DNA from: a virus
Lineage: Duplodnaviria; Caudoviricetes
IMG/VR virus record: IMGVR_UViG_3300029319_000047
Coordinates: 1 to 59,705 of that record
Strand: one strand, 5' to 3'
Length of the DNA: 59,705 nt
The first letter of the stretch is position 1; each line of letters starts with the position of its first letter. A program made the position numbers and the translations under genes. Below the pieces are notes generated by a model, which worked only from the letters and a program-made list of their open reading frames with translations, did no database searches and was not told where the DNA came from. Below are positions 18,671-28,246 of this stretch, piece by piece.

Positions 18671-19554
18671 CAGAACATCGTGAAGGCAGGGGGCTCTTCA
18701 ATTTCAGATAGAAGCTCTTCTTTGAGCTTTTCTTTTTCTTGATCACTCTGTTGAGTCAGAGCAGCGCCGTTAAGACTAGCTCCACCTCCTGGCGAGGGAA
18801 GGGAGGAATATTTACCTCTTACTTCACCAAGGATTCCCTTGGACACAGCAAGAGCGTATCGTTGAATCCAGTTCCTGTAGTATGGATGCATCGTAGCAGT
18901 ATCAAGACCACGATATACTAAGATAACTGTCTCACCATTGAAAGTGGGTGTGGGGTATAACTGAAGAATGTTACCATTGATGAGATCCCAAGAACCCTCC
19001 TGACTGAGAATCTTGCGTATCATCTCTAAGTGTGTTTGTAACAAATAAAAATCAGATACAGCAAAATTACTGAACAAGAAGTTATCTTGGAAATATTTGA
19101 TAAAGAAATCAAACTCTAGACTTCCTGCCATATTTTGAATACTAAGTAGAGATTTTTTATATGCACAATAGCTAAGACCATTTGCAATGTGCATTGGTAG
19201 CATATACATGTTTATACCACCAGAGGTCTCAAACGCTGCTATCTGTGTGCACCAGAAAGGAGCATGATAATCTAGATGAGTGATCGACTCATCAATAGCA
19301 GATTTAATCTGAAAGTCTGTAAGCTCTACTCTTACAACTGGATGTCCCAGTCGGCCAAGGATAAAATCCTTGATTGTTTGTTCAAATTGGTTGAGTTCTA
19401 TTCCCTCTTCAAAAGTGCTTTTATTTAACTTATCCGAGTCAATAGCAGTTGAAAAAATATCTGTATCACCGAGGTTCCTACCTGCGTAGGTTCCAAAGGT
19501 GTCACCGTAACCTAGTAATCTAGGATCTACTTTGGGTGCTGCTGCTATTGGCAT
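18670..19554 (-). CDS. gp13: Neck protein (gp13-like)
   Basis: ILGRLGHPVVRVELTDFQI, WIQRYALA..K.ILG..RGKY..LP.PGG..LNG, EEPP. Confidence 0.9.
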   Translation of the reverse strand: MPIAAAPKVDPRLLGYGDTFGTYAGRNLGDTDIFSTAIDSDKLNKSTFEEGIELNQFEQTIKDFILGRLGHPVVRVELTDFQIKSAIDESITHLDYHAPFWCTQIAAFETSGGINMYMLPMHIANGLSYCAYKKSLLSIQNMAGSLEFDFFIKYFQDNFLFSNFAVSDFYLLQTHLEMIRKILSQEGSWDLINGNILQLYPTPTFNGETVILVYRGLDTATMHPYYRNWIQRYALAVSKGILGEVRGKYSSLPSPGGGASLNGAALTQQSDQEKEKLKEELLSEIEEPPAFTMF

Positions 19555-19732
19555 CTAAAATCTCCAAATTTTTCTTAGGACGACCCATCTTTTTTGGTGC
19601 TGAAACTAATTCTAAGTATCTAGACTCAACAATCCCTTTTGATTCAAAAAGTTCTGATGGTCGAATCTCAACCACTTCCCCATCTATGTGAAGAAGCATA
19701 TTCCAACGGCATTTGCTTCTATACTTGTACAT
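19520..19732 (-). CDS. Small hypothetical protein
   Basis: 70-aa ORF between MCP terminator and gp13, with KMGRPKK basic motif. Confidence 0.6.
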   Translation of the reverse strand: MYKYRSKCRWNMLLHIDGEVVEIRPSELFESKGIVESRYLELVSAPKKMGRPKKNLEILDANSSSTQSRS

Positions 19733-19739
19733 AATTGTT

Positions 19740-19751
19740 CTATTTTATATA
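19740..19751 (-). promoter_or_regulatory. Candidate late promoter TATATA-AAA-TAG
   Basis: Directly after the MCP terminator, upstream of the neck genes. Confidence 0.45.
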
Positions 19752-19753
19752 GC

Positions 19754-19793
19754 AAAGAAAGAGGGCCAGAGGAACAAAAAACCTCTGACCCTC
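19754..19793 (-). terminator. Rho-independent terminator after major capsid gene
   Basis: Minus-strand stem gagggtcagagg/cctctggccctc (one G-U pair) followed by tttcttt. Confidence 0.8.
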
Positions 19794-19814
19794 AGATTTA
19801 GTTACCTAATCAGA

Positions 19815-21515
19815 TCAGCTTACTGCTGTGCCGAAAACTTCAGAGTTTCTAGCGAATGGGCTGAAGAGATAGTTGGCGGTTGGGCCAATAATACGGATGA
19901 TACGATAGTATCTGTTTCCTGGCTCGATCTGTACCTTGCCATAGCGGGTAAGGATGCCCTTTCTGGGCTGGAAGGACTCAGGATCCGTAATGGTTGGAAG
20001 CTGCTGGAGTGGGATGTATGGAGCGTAGATAAGACCAGCATCCATTGCATTGGCACCCTTGTAGCCAACCATAATCTCGTCTGTGGGGTACATAGGATCG
20101 ACATAAAGGTCGTAACGGCCCATGAACTTACCACGGAACTCAATGGCGTTTGCACCAATGTTGGTGGGGCCATCAGCAGGCTGAACACCACCCTCAAGCT
20201 TGGCAGCACTCTCAAGAAGAGAAGCGACCAGAGGTGAGGTAAGGAGCCAGTTGCCTGGACCACGCATTGTGGTGCGGTAGATGTCCTGCGAAGCAAAGTT
20301 AATTATTGCAAGCAGGTTTGCATAAACCTCACCAACGTGGCGTGGGTAGAGGCTAAGGCTATCCTGGCTGAAATCAATCACAAAGACATTGGAGCTTTCC
20401 CGATTAGGTATATCAAACTGGGTAGCAGTATTAGTACCTTGAGCACCAGAGAAGTCGTAGGTGAATTGAGCAGGAACAAAGACGCCAGTTGCAGCAGAGT
20501 CTTGAACGCCTGGGAAACGGCCAGCAGCACGATCACCCATAGTGATATAGCTGTTATCCATGAGGTTCTGGTTTACACCACCAAGATTACGATCACGAAC
20601 ACCATAAGCGATCAGACGAAGATCTTCAATAAGCTCGCGGTCGATCTCAAGCTGAAGCTCCTTCGAGAGAAGGTCAGTAAGCTCCCGCTCAAGGTCAAGG
20701 TTGTGATAAGCCTTGAGATCTTGTGAAGCCTCAAGAGTCCAGAGAGCACGCATCTTACGAGTGTTGGCGACAACGGCCTCCTGCTCGATATGGAAGGTCA
20801 TCTCAGGGATGCCAGTTCCAGTCAGGCGCTCACCAGCGGAGAGCATGTAGCCCATGACGGCAGAAGTGTTAGGCCAAGCAGCGATTTGACCACCGAAAGT
20901 ACCAGAACCAGCACCAGCGCCAATGATATCATTGACACCAGAAGTACTGGCAAGGACGTTGGAGAGGTCGAAGCCAGCACCAGCAAAATCACCATCAAGA
21001 CCAAGAGATGCCGCAGAGAGTTGGTTGCCGTCCTCATCAGTGAAAGTACCCTGAGCAAAGGCAGTTCCACCACCCTCGACATTTCTTTGAGAAGTAGTAC
21101 CAGAAGCAGAACCAATACGCTGGGCAGTCTTACCCAGGTAGGTCAGGTTGAACTTGCTGAAGACAGTCTGACGGTCACCAGCACCAGCGCCGCCGTTACG
21201 AGCACGGCTGTTACCAAGGTAGAAAACCTGCGAGACTGGACCCTGCATGGGCTGAACGCCAACAAGCTGGTTGGCAATTAGTTGGGGATAAACCCGACGA
21301 ACAAGAGGGAAGGCAAACTTTTGGAAAGTACCAAGCTGACCAGTTGTGGTGGCAGCGGCACTAATATCCTCGGAAAGCTTCTCCTCAACAATAGACTTAG
21401 CTTGGTTCTCAAGAAGTTGAGCGGTTACGCGACGAGTGTAGTCACTGCCAATGCCCTCAAGGACAGGCTCCCACTTCTGGACTAGCGTGTCATCAGTTTG
21501 ATGCATCATATCCAT
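19815..21515 (-). CDS. gp23: Major capsid protein (T4 gp23-like)
   Basis: KWEPVLE, LLENQ, PLVRRV.P.LIA..LVGVQPM.GP, TRKMRALWTLEASQDLKAYH, EIDRE, YAPYIPL, DPESFQPRKGILTRYG. Confidence 0.98.
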   Translation of the reverse strand: MDMMHQTDDTLVQKWEPVLEGIGSDYTRRVTAQLLENQAKSIVEEKLSEDISAAATTTGQLGTFQKFAFPLVRRVYPQLIANQLVGVQPMQGPVSQVFYLGNSRARNGGAGAGDRQTVFSKFNLTYLGKTAQRIGSASGTTSQRNVEGGGTAFAQGTFTDEDGNQLSAASLGLDGDFAGAGFDLSNVLASTSGVNDIIGAGAGSGTFGGQIAAWPNTSAVMGYMLSAGERLTGTGIPEMTFHIEQEAVVANTRKMRALWTLEASQDLKAYHNLDLERELTDLLSKELQLEIDRELIEDLRLIAYGVRDRNLGGVNQNLMDNSYITMGDRAAGRFPGVQDSAATGVFVPAQFTYDFSGAQGTNTATQFDIPNRESSNVFVIDFSQDSLSLYPRHVGEVYANLLAIINFASQDIYRTTMRGPGNWLLTSPLVASLLESAAKLEGGVQPADGPTNIGANAIEFRGKFMGRYDLYVDPMYPTDEIMVGYKGANAMDAGLIYAPYIPLQQLPTITDPESFQPRKGILTRYGKVQIEPGNRYYRIIRIIGPTANYLFSPFARNSEVFGTAVS

Positions 21516-21530
21516 TTGAAAAAATCCTAA

Positions 21531-22175
21531 TTAGTTTTGGGAGGAAAAGGGCATGAACTTCATGACCTCATCAGTTAAAAACTCATTACCAGTATGAGCT
21601 TTCGATTCGTTGATCTCAACATCCGCTTGAGATACAACAACTGCCTGTTCAGAGGAAGCAAAAGCCTCATCCCGCGCAGCGACCAGATTCTCAACTTCTT
21701 CGAGAAGCTGTATTTTGTGACCCTCAAGTTCCTCAACAGCGTTTTCTTGAATAGAAACTTTATCGTTGAGAACCTTAACAGTGCCCTGAAGCTTTTCGTT
21801 TTCAACAACCAAAGCGTTAAGCTGGTTTGTTAAAACGTCAAACTCTTCCTGAAGTTCACCATGTTGGCTAGTCATTTCAGAAAGAGCATTCTCATCATCA
21901 GAGTTGTTAAGTTCTAGGGCCATTAGAGTTCTAACTGATTCAAAGAGGCGAGCGTTGCGGAAAACCTCGCTTTCTTCACTAAGTTCAGCCAGAGCTTGTT
22001 CTTTTAGCCTATCAACCTTAGTTCTGAGATAGGCATTTACTTTGGCCTCAAGTAAACCAACTTTCTCAGCGACTTGCTCGTTAATAGTCGAATCCACCAG
22101 TTCAAAAACAGCTTGAACGGTGGATTCATCAAGTCCATCAGGAAGAATATCGGCAATATTCTTTAAATTACTCAT
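21531..22175 (-). CDS. gp22: Prohead core scaffold protein (gp22-like)
   Basis: Acidic coiled coil between gp21 and gp23; KVNAYL motif. Confidence 0.8.
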   Translation of the reverse strand: MSNLKNIADILPDGLDESTVQAVFELVDSTINEQVAEKVGLLEAKVNAYLRTKVDRLKEQALAELSEESEVFRNARLFESVRTLMALELNNSDDENALSEMTSQHGELQEEFDVLTNQLNALVVENEKLQGTVKVLNDKVSIQENAVEELEGHKIQLLEEVENLVAARDEAFASSEQAVVVSQADVEINESKAHTGNEFLTDEVMKFMPFSSQN

Positions 22176-22193
22176 GAGTAGATCTCCTAGATT

Positions 22194-22206
22194 CTATTGA
22201 TATCTA
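22194..22206 (-). promoter_or_regulatory. Candidate late promoter TAGATA-TCAA-TAG
   Basis: Intergenic, upstream of SD AGGAG and gp22-gp23. Confidence 0.45.
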
Positions 22207-22247
22207 TGTATGTGTTTTCTAAATTATGATTTTTTTTAGAAAATGTA

Positions 22248-23666
22248 TTAGATAAGGTCAAAAGCCTCAGCAAGGCGAAGACCAATCATTTTGTAAGCGG
22301 TTGCTTCAGGGACTCCTGCTCCAAAGGTTCCCTTGGGTCTAACCTTTGTGGGCTTGGGTGCTTCCTCTGCTGGCTTGTCTGAAGATGCAGCAGCTAGACG
22401 GGCACTAACATTCGCTTTTTTTCTATCTGCAATGTTACTTTGGGAGGTTCTACGAGCCTGAGCCTTACGGACCGCTCCAGTGCCAGCATCTTTTGCAGCC
22501 TGTGAAAGCTTTTCAGCCCCTCTAACAATCTTGCCAGGAGCGGCAGCAAGACCCTTACCAATTTTACCAGCACCAGCAGCGACTTTTTCACCAGTTGTTA
22601 CGGGCTTACCCTCAGCGGCAGCCGCCTTGGCTTTGTCCATCTTGCGGGCTAGTTTAATCTGACCCTTTTGTCTAATAGCAGCGGCTTTTACATCAGCCTT
22701 GGCCGCCGATTTTCTACCAGCAGCATCCCTGCGACGATCCATGAAGCTGGGGCCACCCGCCTTTACTCCTCCACCAGCAGTGCCTTGATCTACTTTTGTT
22801 TTGTCTACTTCATCAGCGAAAGCCTCTGCAAGGGCATTAGCAATCTGATGCCAACTACCCTCTTCCTTAACGGCTTTCATAGCCTTACCTTTTTTGCCCA
22901 TAGCTTTGGCGATGGCCTTTCTACGATTCATAAGGTACTTGTCGCTGGAATCAGTGTCGCCGTCATTATCAATATCAGCATCCCCCTGACCAACGGGATC
23001 CATTCCATCGCCATCATCAGTAGGCCCAGAGTCTTTTTTCTTCTTTGCTTCTTCAATCCAAGGATCATAGGCTTCACGCAGTTTAGACCGAAGCATTACT
23101 AGAAAATTAGATTCTTTCTCAAGTTTACTTTGGCTTTCTCTTGCAAACTGCGACTGAGTAGACTCAGAGAGACCTGGGAATGCACCACGGGTCGAGGGGT
23201 CAGCAACAAGATCGAAGGTGACTAGGCGGAAATCTTCGTTAACAATCTTATTACCTTTAGCATCTTCTGACAGAGTGCCCATGCCACGGGATGAGATACC
23301 GATCTTTACACCGCCCTCTACGAGAGCTTTGGCAGTCAGGCCAGCGGGAGTCTTGAGGATCTCAGCCTCTCCAATAAGTTCGTCCCCCTTCATCTCAAGC
23401 TTAGTGATTAAGTGAGATGCGTTGGAAAGCTTTACGGTGTCATTTTGTGGGTGATCGAGTTCACCGCATAGACGCCGCTCAGAGATGAGGGGCTGAACCT
23501 TTTGTAGTTGACCTTCAAGAACATTGGTAGGATAAATTCTACCGTTGTTGTTCTTTTCGTTACACCGTCCGAAGACACCCTTAATCTTCATGGTGTCACT
23601 ATTCTTACCCTCGGTAAGAATTTGAAGGTTTTCTACGATAAATACATCTTGGAGTAGCTGTGTCAT
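22248..23666 (-). CDS. gp21: Prohead protease (gp21-like) with ~300-aa C-terminal extension
   Basis: NNNGRIYP, GELDHP, SHLI, TPAG, GISSRGMG, DLVADPS. Confidence 0.95.
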   Translation of the reverse strand: MTQLLQDVFIVENLQILTEGKNSDTMKIKGVFGRCNEKNNNGRIYPTNVLEGQLQKVQPLISERRLCGELDHPQNDTVKLSNASHLITKLEMKGDELIGEAEILKTPAGLTAKALVEGGVKIGISSRGMGTLSEDAKGNKIVNEDFRLVTFDLVADPSTRGAFPGLSESTQSQFARESQSKLEKESNFLVMLRSKLREAYDPWIEEAKKKKDSGPTDDGDGMDPVGQGDADIDNDGDTDSSDKYLMNRRKAIAKAMGKKGKAMKAVKEEGSWHQIANALAEAFADEVDKTKVDQGTAGGGVKAGGPSFMDRRRDAAGRKSAAKADVKAAAIRQKGQIKLARKMDKAKAAAAEGKPVTTGEKVAAGAGKIGKGLAAAPGKIVRGAEKLSQAAKDAGTGAVRKAQARRTSQSNIADRKKANVSARLAAASSDKPAEEAPKPTKVRPKGTFGAGVPEATAYKMIGLRLAEAFDLI

Positions 23667-24082
23667 TTGTACTTTAATCCTCGTTCTTTCTTGATAGATC
23701 GACTACCATATTTTTGAGCTAACTTGTCAGAGCCTTTTCCGTACCGAAGCACGGTTCGTGCTGCGTGTTTTTTTACGCTATCAAAATCCGCAGAGGGAGT
23801 TGCACTACCTCTAGTGAATCCCTTTGCTATTTTCCCTCTTCCGCTTTTATCACCCCACTTACCCTTAGATATTACATACAATCTACCAGCAGCTTTTGTA
23901 GTGAATATGTCTCCAAACTTACCGTCTGAGAGAGCCTGTTTTATGCTGTTATAATTTCTAACTCTACCTTTGAAAGCCTTTTTAGTATCACGCTTTGCGC
24001 CTTGTCTGGAGGTATAAGTTTTTCTCCCCTCCTTTGAACCACGCGCTTCGTTCATTACATCTAAGGCTTCCGTCAGTTTCAT
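23663..24082 (-). CDS. Very basic hypothetical protein, probable prohead core/internal protein
   Basis: 139 aa K/R-rich, N-terminal LTE/MNE, coupled to gp21. Confidence 0.7.
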   Translation of the reverse strand: MKLTEALDVMNEARGSKEGRKTYTSRQGAKRDTKKAFKGRVRNYNSIKQALSDGKFGDIFTTKAAGRLYVISKGKWGDKSGRGKIAKGFTRGSATPSADFDSVKKHAARTVLRYGKGSDKLAQKYGSRSIKKERGLKYK

Positions 24083-24567
24083 TTTCTTTTTAGTTTATTT
24101 CTAATTGATTGCTTAAGAATATCTTTCTTTGAGTTTGCTGGGCGAGCAGAAATATAACCATATTTCTTCTCAGTTTTGCCGATGCATCCATCATCCTTCT
24201 GAGGACCAGCCATGTTTACTCCCATCATGCCAGCGGTTGACATCTCTTTGAGAAGATCTCTAACCTCCTCAAGAAGGGGTACAAGCTGCTGTGCAGTCTC
24301 TTCAGTCAAAGATTGAGGAGCTTGTTCAGGCTCTGCATCTGTCCAAACCAGTTCAGGAATAGCGTCTGCGGCAGGAGTATCTTGAGGATGAAAACTTTCA
24401 CCAAGGACTTCACGCATGAAATCATCAGGAACTTCAATATTCGAAATATCTCTGCCAGCAGGAGCCAGACCAGCAGCCTTAGCTTGGGGAGGGAGTTCTT
24501 TTCCTTCCCTTATGCTTTGGGTTTGGTTTAGGATTAGCTGTTCTGCGAAGTCTCCGATACTGTTCAT
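24079..24567 (-). CDS. Hypothetical head-cluster protein
   Basis: 162-aa ORF with SD GGAGG. Confidence 0.75.
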   Translation of the reverse strand: MNSIGDFAEQLILNQTQSIREGKELPPQAKAAGLAPAGRDISNIEVPDDFMREVLGESFHPQDTPAADAIPELVWTDAEPEQAPQSLTEETAQQLVPLLEEVRDLLKEMSTAGMMGVNMAGPQKDDGCIGKTEKKYGYISARPANSKKDILKQSIRNKLKRK

Positions 24568-24586
24568 CCGATGATCCTCCGTCTCC

Positions 24587-24991
24587 TCACTCTTCCTCTA
24601 GATCTTGAAAAAGAAGCTCGGCAAGAGTTTCGTCGATGATAGAATCAATGTCCTCATCACCCTCTTGAAGCTGGGTAAGGCGATCAACTAGGCCAACGAC
24701 AATGTTAAGGTGCTCAAGGATACGCTCCTCATCAATGGCCTCGTCAAGGTGGGAGGTGCAGAGGGGGCAAACATGGGCGACTTCTTCAGCCTCCTCCATC
24801 TTCTCCTCTTTCTTCTCCTCTTTCTTCTCCTTTGGCATGTCCTTTTTCTTTTCTTTCATCTTTTCCTTCATCTCTTTGGCCTTGTCATCATGCTTGGCCT
24901 CATCAAGACGAGGAGTTACGCCAGCCTTGCCCCAGGCAGCGGACTCAAGTAGTTGCTGACGAAGTTCGTCACTTAATTTATAATGATCCAT
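24587..24991 (-). CDS. Hypothetical head-cluster protein (K/E-rich tract, CPLC)
   Basis: 134-aa ORF, first gene of the head cluster. Confidence 0.75.
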   Translation of the reverse strand: MDHYKLSDELRQQLLESAAWGKAGVTPRLDEAKHDDKAKEMKEKMKEKKKDMPKEKKEEKKEEKMEEAEEVAHVCPLCTSHLDEAIDEERILEHLNIVVGLVDRLTQLQEGDEDIDSIIDETLAELLFQDLEEE

Positions 24992-25030
24992 TTCTTTATC
25001 TCATAAAAAATAGGGTTAAGATTTGCATCT

Positions 25031-25043
25031 CTAAACATATCTA
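25031..25043 (-). promoter_or_regulatory. Candidate late promoter TAGATA-TGTT-TAG
   Basis: Intergenic, upstream of the head cluster. Confidence 0.45.
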
Positions 25044-25087
25044 GCGTAGATTCGCAGGAATGTGTGTTTTATTTTGTTTTTTGTGAA

Positions 25088-28000
25088 CTAGGATGCTGGG
25101 CCAAAGCCGCCCACGCCATCTTCATTTGGACTAATAATGTTGAGACCATCATTAGTAGCTTTAATTGGTTGGAAAGTGTCAGCCCCTGCTGTAGTCTTTC
25201 TTTGTACCAACTGAGTTTTATTAATAACAATTCTGTTATCAGCGTTTTCTATGGGGGGAATAAGCTTGACCTCATTTATCAGGCCATTAGAAATAGCTCT
25301 GTTGATTTCATTAAAATTTTCTAGCCTAGACAGTATATTGAACTGTTTAAGGTTTAATCTACTAAATGCATCAAACTCAGTTAAAGTTTTTCCAATACCA
25401 TTAAAAGAGAGTTCATAGTTTGTATCTAACTCATTAATGATTTCACGCAATAATCTAAATCCTGTTTTTGATCTGTTTATACCATACTCAGAAGCTGATA
25501 CAAGCTCATTATTTTTTCTAAAACCAGTTTTAAATATACTATCAGTGGGATCAATAAACGATATTCTAGTTTGAGAATCTGTATTTCCTAGAATATCACT
25601 AGCGTCTCTTCCCACTGTCCCATATCTAATAAACTTATTAGTTTGCGGTTGTGTAAACTCTGGATTTATATGAGTTTTGCATCTTAATTCTCTAGTAACT
25701 GCTCCATCATTGGCTATTTCAAGAATTTTAGATTTATCATTAAAAATATTATATTCGGGTCTATTTGTTGGATAAACCATAATGTAAAACGGAACTTGTC
25801 TTACTAATAATGGAATATTTTTGTTTACTTTTGGAGAATTAAATAGTATATCTGTTTGAGTTAGATTAACTGACTCTGTATTTTCTATGTAATCTATAAT
25901 TAAATCTTCATGATCGAGAACGAATATTCTTTTATTTGCTTTAAATTTAATAAACTGATTAGTTGCTCTAAGCCCCTCTGCACTAGAGGTGTCCATTAGT
26001 TGATACCTTAGTGTAGTATTTTTAAGAAGAAACGATCCGCCAAATGAAGGTGAAGTTTGTACTGAGCTAAGAACAGCACTTAACACATAAAATGGCTGCC
26101 TAGAACTGGAAAGTGAGGAATCGAATTCGATTCCTGATGCTGTTGCCGCATCTCCACTAACACTTAGAATTCTGCCAGACTCCCCTCCAAGGAGAGCTAT
26201 GGCTCTCTGTCTTACATCTTCGGGGATCAAGAAAGCATGATCAACCTCTGATTGTGTAAATAAACGAGTTACTTTATCACCAGAGGATATCTCAAAGAAA
26301 TCTCCATCTTCGATAGAGAGTGTTGTTCTATCAATAAACGTGTCATCATCATTTATATAAAATCGTCTATCAGCACCATTGATTTTCATAGGAAGAAATT
26401 TATCAACATCAGATGATAGAATTTTAAAGTTCTTAAATATCTGCCTCTCTCTGCCAATTAGTTTAGATGTATCTAAGGGAATTTTATTTCTATCAATAAG
26501 TATTAAAGCTGCTACTTCATTAACTTTATTGATAGAGCTTCTTGTTATCGTGGTGGGCACACGCTTTTGACTGTCATCGGCTAGTGTTTGTAAAAACCTT
26601 TTTGTTATATTTCCTATTGATCCATCTAGAATTCTAGAACCAATCATATTAAATATTTGATTTTGAGTCAGATTTGTGCCATCATAGTTTTTAATTTTAT
26701 TTATAATACTTCTAATCTCTGGCTTTAAGCTACTAAGAACAGTTACAGCAGTTACACCAGCAGCTTTTGTGCTATCCCAATTTTTACTATTATTTTTGTT
26801 TTTTAAAATGTAATATATATTACTATCTATATTTTCGTTAAATAATTCAGTAAATTCAGTATCATTTTGAACTAAAGTAGGGACTTGCGGACTTTTATTA
26901 AAAGCTATTACATTGTCTTCAATTCCATTTGGTTTTAACTTTAATATTTCTCTTATAACAGCAGGGTTATTTAAATCTATATCTTGTGTGGCTAGGGCAT
27001 TATTAACTAAATTGCCATCAAGACTAGATTCAGAAATTAGGCCCTCTCCTGCGGGAGATGGGGAGGCGTCTCCTGGAATTGGCACGGGAGGAGGAGTGGT
27101 TGGAAGATCCCCTTTTGTAGAAATTCCAGTCTTACCTCCCGCATCAGGGCCTGGAGTAATACCATTTCCTCCTGGTCCCCCTGGAGTTTGAAATGGAGGT
27201 GCACCAGCCCCTAGCCCCAGATCTGGCCCTGGGGTAATAACATCTCCCCCTGGACCGTCATCAGGCACCTCACCTGCTCCTCCAAAATTACCAGGAGGAG
27301 GGGGGCATTCTCTCCATATTACGAAGCCATCTCCGCAACTTCCCCCACAATTATTAGGTCTACAAGTTCCAGAGTATCTACCACGGTCTGTTATTTCTGC
27401 TATAGTATATCCAGGTCTAGGAGTCGGCTGAAAACTTTGCTCTGGATTTTGACCAATCTTTGGACCAACCACGGGGTCATCAGGATCGAGAACCTCACAC
27501 GAATATTCCCAGGTAGCCCTTCTTAATACACAACCATTGTTAAGAGTTACCCCGTTAGAAATTTCTGGATTGATATTCACTACAACACAGCCGCAAGGAA
27601 ATGGAACTCTACCTGGGGGAGGTGCTGTCCCTGGAGGAGTTGTTGTTGGTCCCTGCGGGGGAGGGGCTGCTCCTCCAGGTATTCCAGTGGTGTCGGTGTC
27701 TCCCGTTGTTGTGGGCCCTGCGGGAGGAGGTCCAGTTATTGGAGGTGCGGGTGTTGTTCTCCCCCTTCTCCAACGTGTAGTGACTGTGATGGGAGGACAA
27801 AATAAACTACATTGACCATTAGGAAGCTGACAATCTTTTCCTATTTCTCCTGCAATGATGGGGCCATCAATTAATACCCAACCATCTAACACAGGAGGAG
27901 GATCCTGGTTTATAATAATTTGTTTAGCAGACTCAATTTCTAAATTAGCTAAGTCTTGATTAGGAAACTCAGTGCATGTTTGATCATAGACCCTAGTAAC

Positions 28001-28246
28001 GATAGCGATTCCAAAACCATCGGGAGGATAGATCACATTTTCGGCAGGATCCGTAGTGTCTGGTATACAAGCACAAACTTTATCAGGATCCGATGGATCT
28101 GGGTCTATTGGGGTAGGGGGATCGGGATCGTCTCCTCCGAAGCCCCCGCCACCATCAATTGTCCCTCCACCAGTAAACTCAGGAAAATTACCAGGGCCTT
28201 CCCCTGGTAGGAAGACCCCACAACCGAATGTGGGATTTTGGCTCAT
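25088..28246 (-). CDS. Large putative virion protein with Pro/Gly-rich N-terminus and two Cys-rich modules
   Basis: 1052-aa ORF, last gene of the baseplate/fibre cluster. Confidence 0.75.
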   Translation of the reverse strand: MSQNPTFGCGVFLPGEGPGNFPEFTGGGTIDGGGGFGGDDPDPPTPIDPDPSDPDKVCACIPDTTDPAENVIYPPDGFGIAIVTRVYDQTCTEFPNQDLANLEIESAKQIIINQDPPPVLDGWVLIDGPIIAGEIGKDCQLPNGQCSLFCPPITVTTRWRRGRTTPAPPITGPPPAGPTTTGDTDTTGIPGGAAPPPQGPTTTPPGTAPPPGRVPFPCGCVVVNINPEISNGVTLNNGCVLRRATWEYSCEVLDPDDPVVGPKIGQNPEQSFQPTPRPGYTIAEITDRGRYSGTCRPNNCGGSCGDGFVIWRECPPPPGNFGGAGEVPDDGPGGDVITPGPDLGLGAGAPPFQTPGGPGGNGITPGPDAGGKTGISTKGDLPTTPPPVPIPGDASPSPAGEGLISESSLDGNLVNNALATQDIDLNNPAVIREILKLKPNGIEDNVIAFNKSPQVPTLVQNDTEFTELFNENIDSNIYYILKNKNNSKNWDSTKAAGVTAVTVLSSLKPEIRSIINKIKNYDGTNLTQNQIFNMIGSRILDGSIGNITKRFLQTLADDSQKRVPTTITRSSINKVNEVAALILIDRNKIPLDTSKLIGRERQIFKNFKILSSDVDKFLPMKINGADRRFYINDDDTFIDRTTLSIEDGDFFEISSGDKVTRLFTQSEVDHAFLIPEDVRQRAIALLGGESGRILSVSGDAATASGIEFDSSLSSSRQPFYVLSAVLSSVQTSPSFGGSFLLKNTTLRYQLMDTSSAEGLRATNQFIKFKANKRIFVLDHEDLIIDYIENTESVNLTQTDILFNSPKVNKNIPLLVRQVPFYIMVYPTNRPEYNIFNDKSKILEIANDGAVTRELRCKTHINPEFTQPQTNKFIRYGTVGRDASDILGNTDSQTRISFIDPTDSIFKTGFRKNNELVSASEYGINRSKTGFRLLREIINELDTNYELSFNGIGKTLTEFDAFSRLNLKQFNILSRLENFNEINRAISNGLINEVKLIPPIENADNRIVINKTQLVQRKTTAGADTFQPIKATNDGLNIISPNEDGVGGFGPAS

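Noticed and set aside
19713-21485. Series of + strand ORFs antisense to the capsid gene, and similar ORFs opposite nrdJ, polA and gp19
   Set aside because: Shadow ORFs produced by codon bias of the real genes; no motifs or translation signals
22215-22243. AT-rich inverted repeat ttttctaaa/tttagaaaa between gp21 and gp22
   Set aside because: Weak stem in AT-rich DNA; cannot be supported as a terminator or operator
24790-24880. Short tandem-like repeat ttctcctctttc
   Set aside because: Explained by the K/E-rich low-complexity coding tract (EKKEEKKEEK)
24992-25087. Possible ncRNA or tRNA in the largest intergenic gap
   Set aside because: Only about 95 bp, with no cloverleaf or stable extended structure recognisable; better explained as a promoter region
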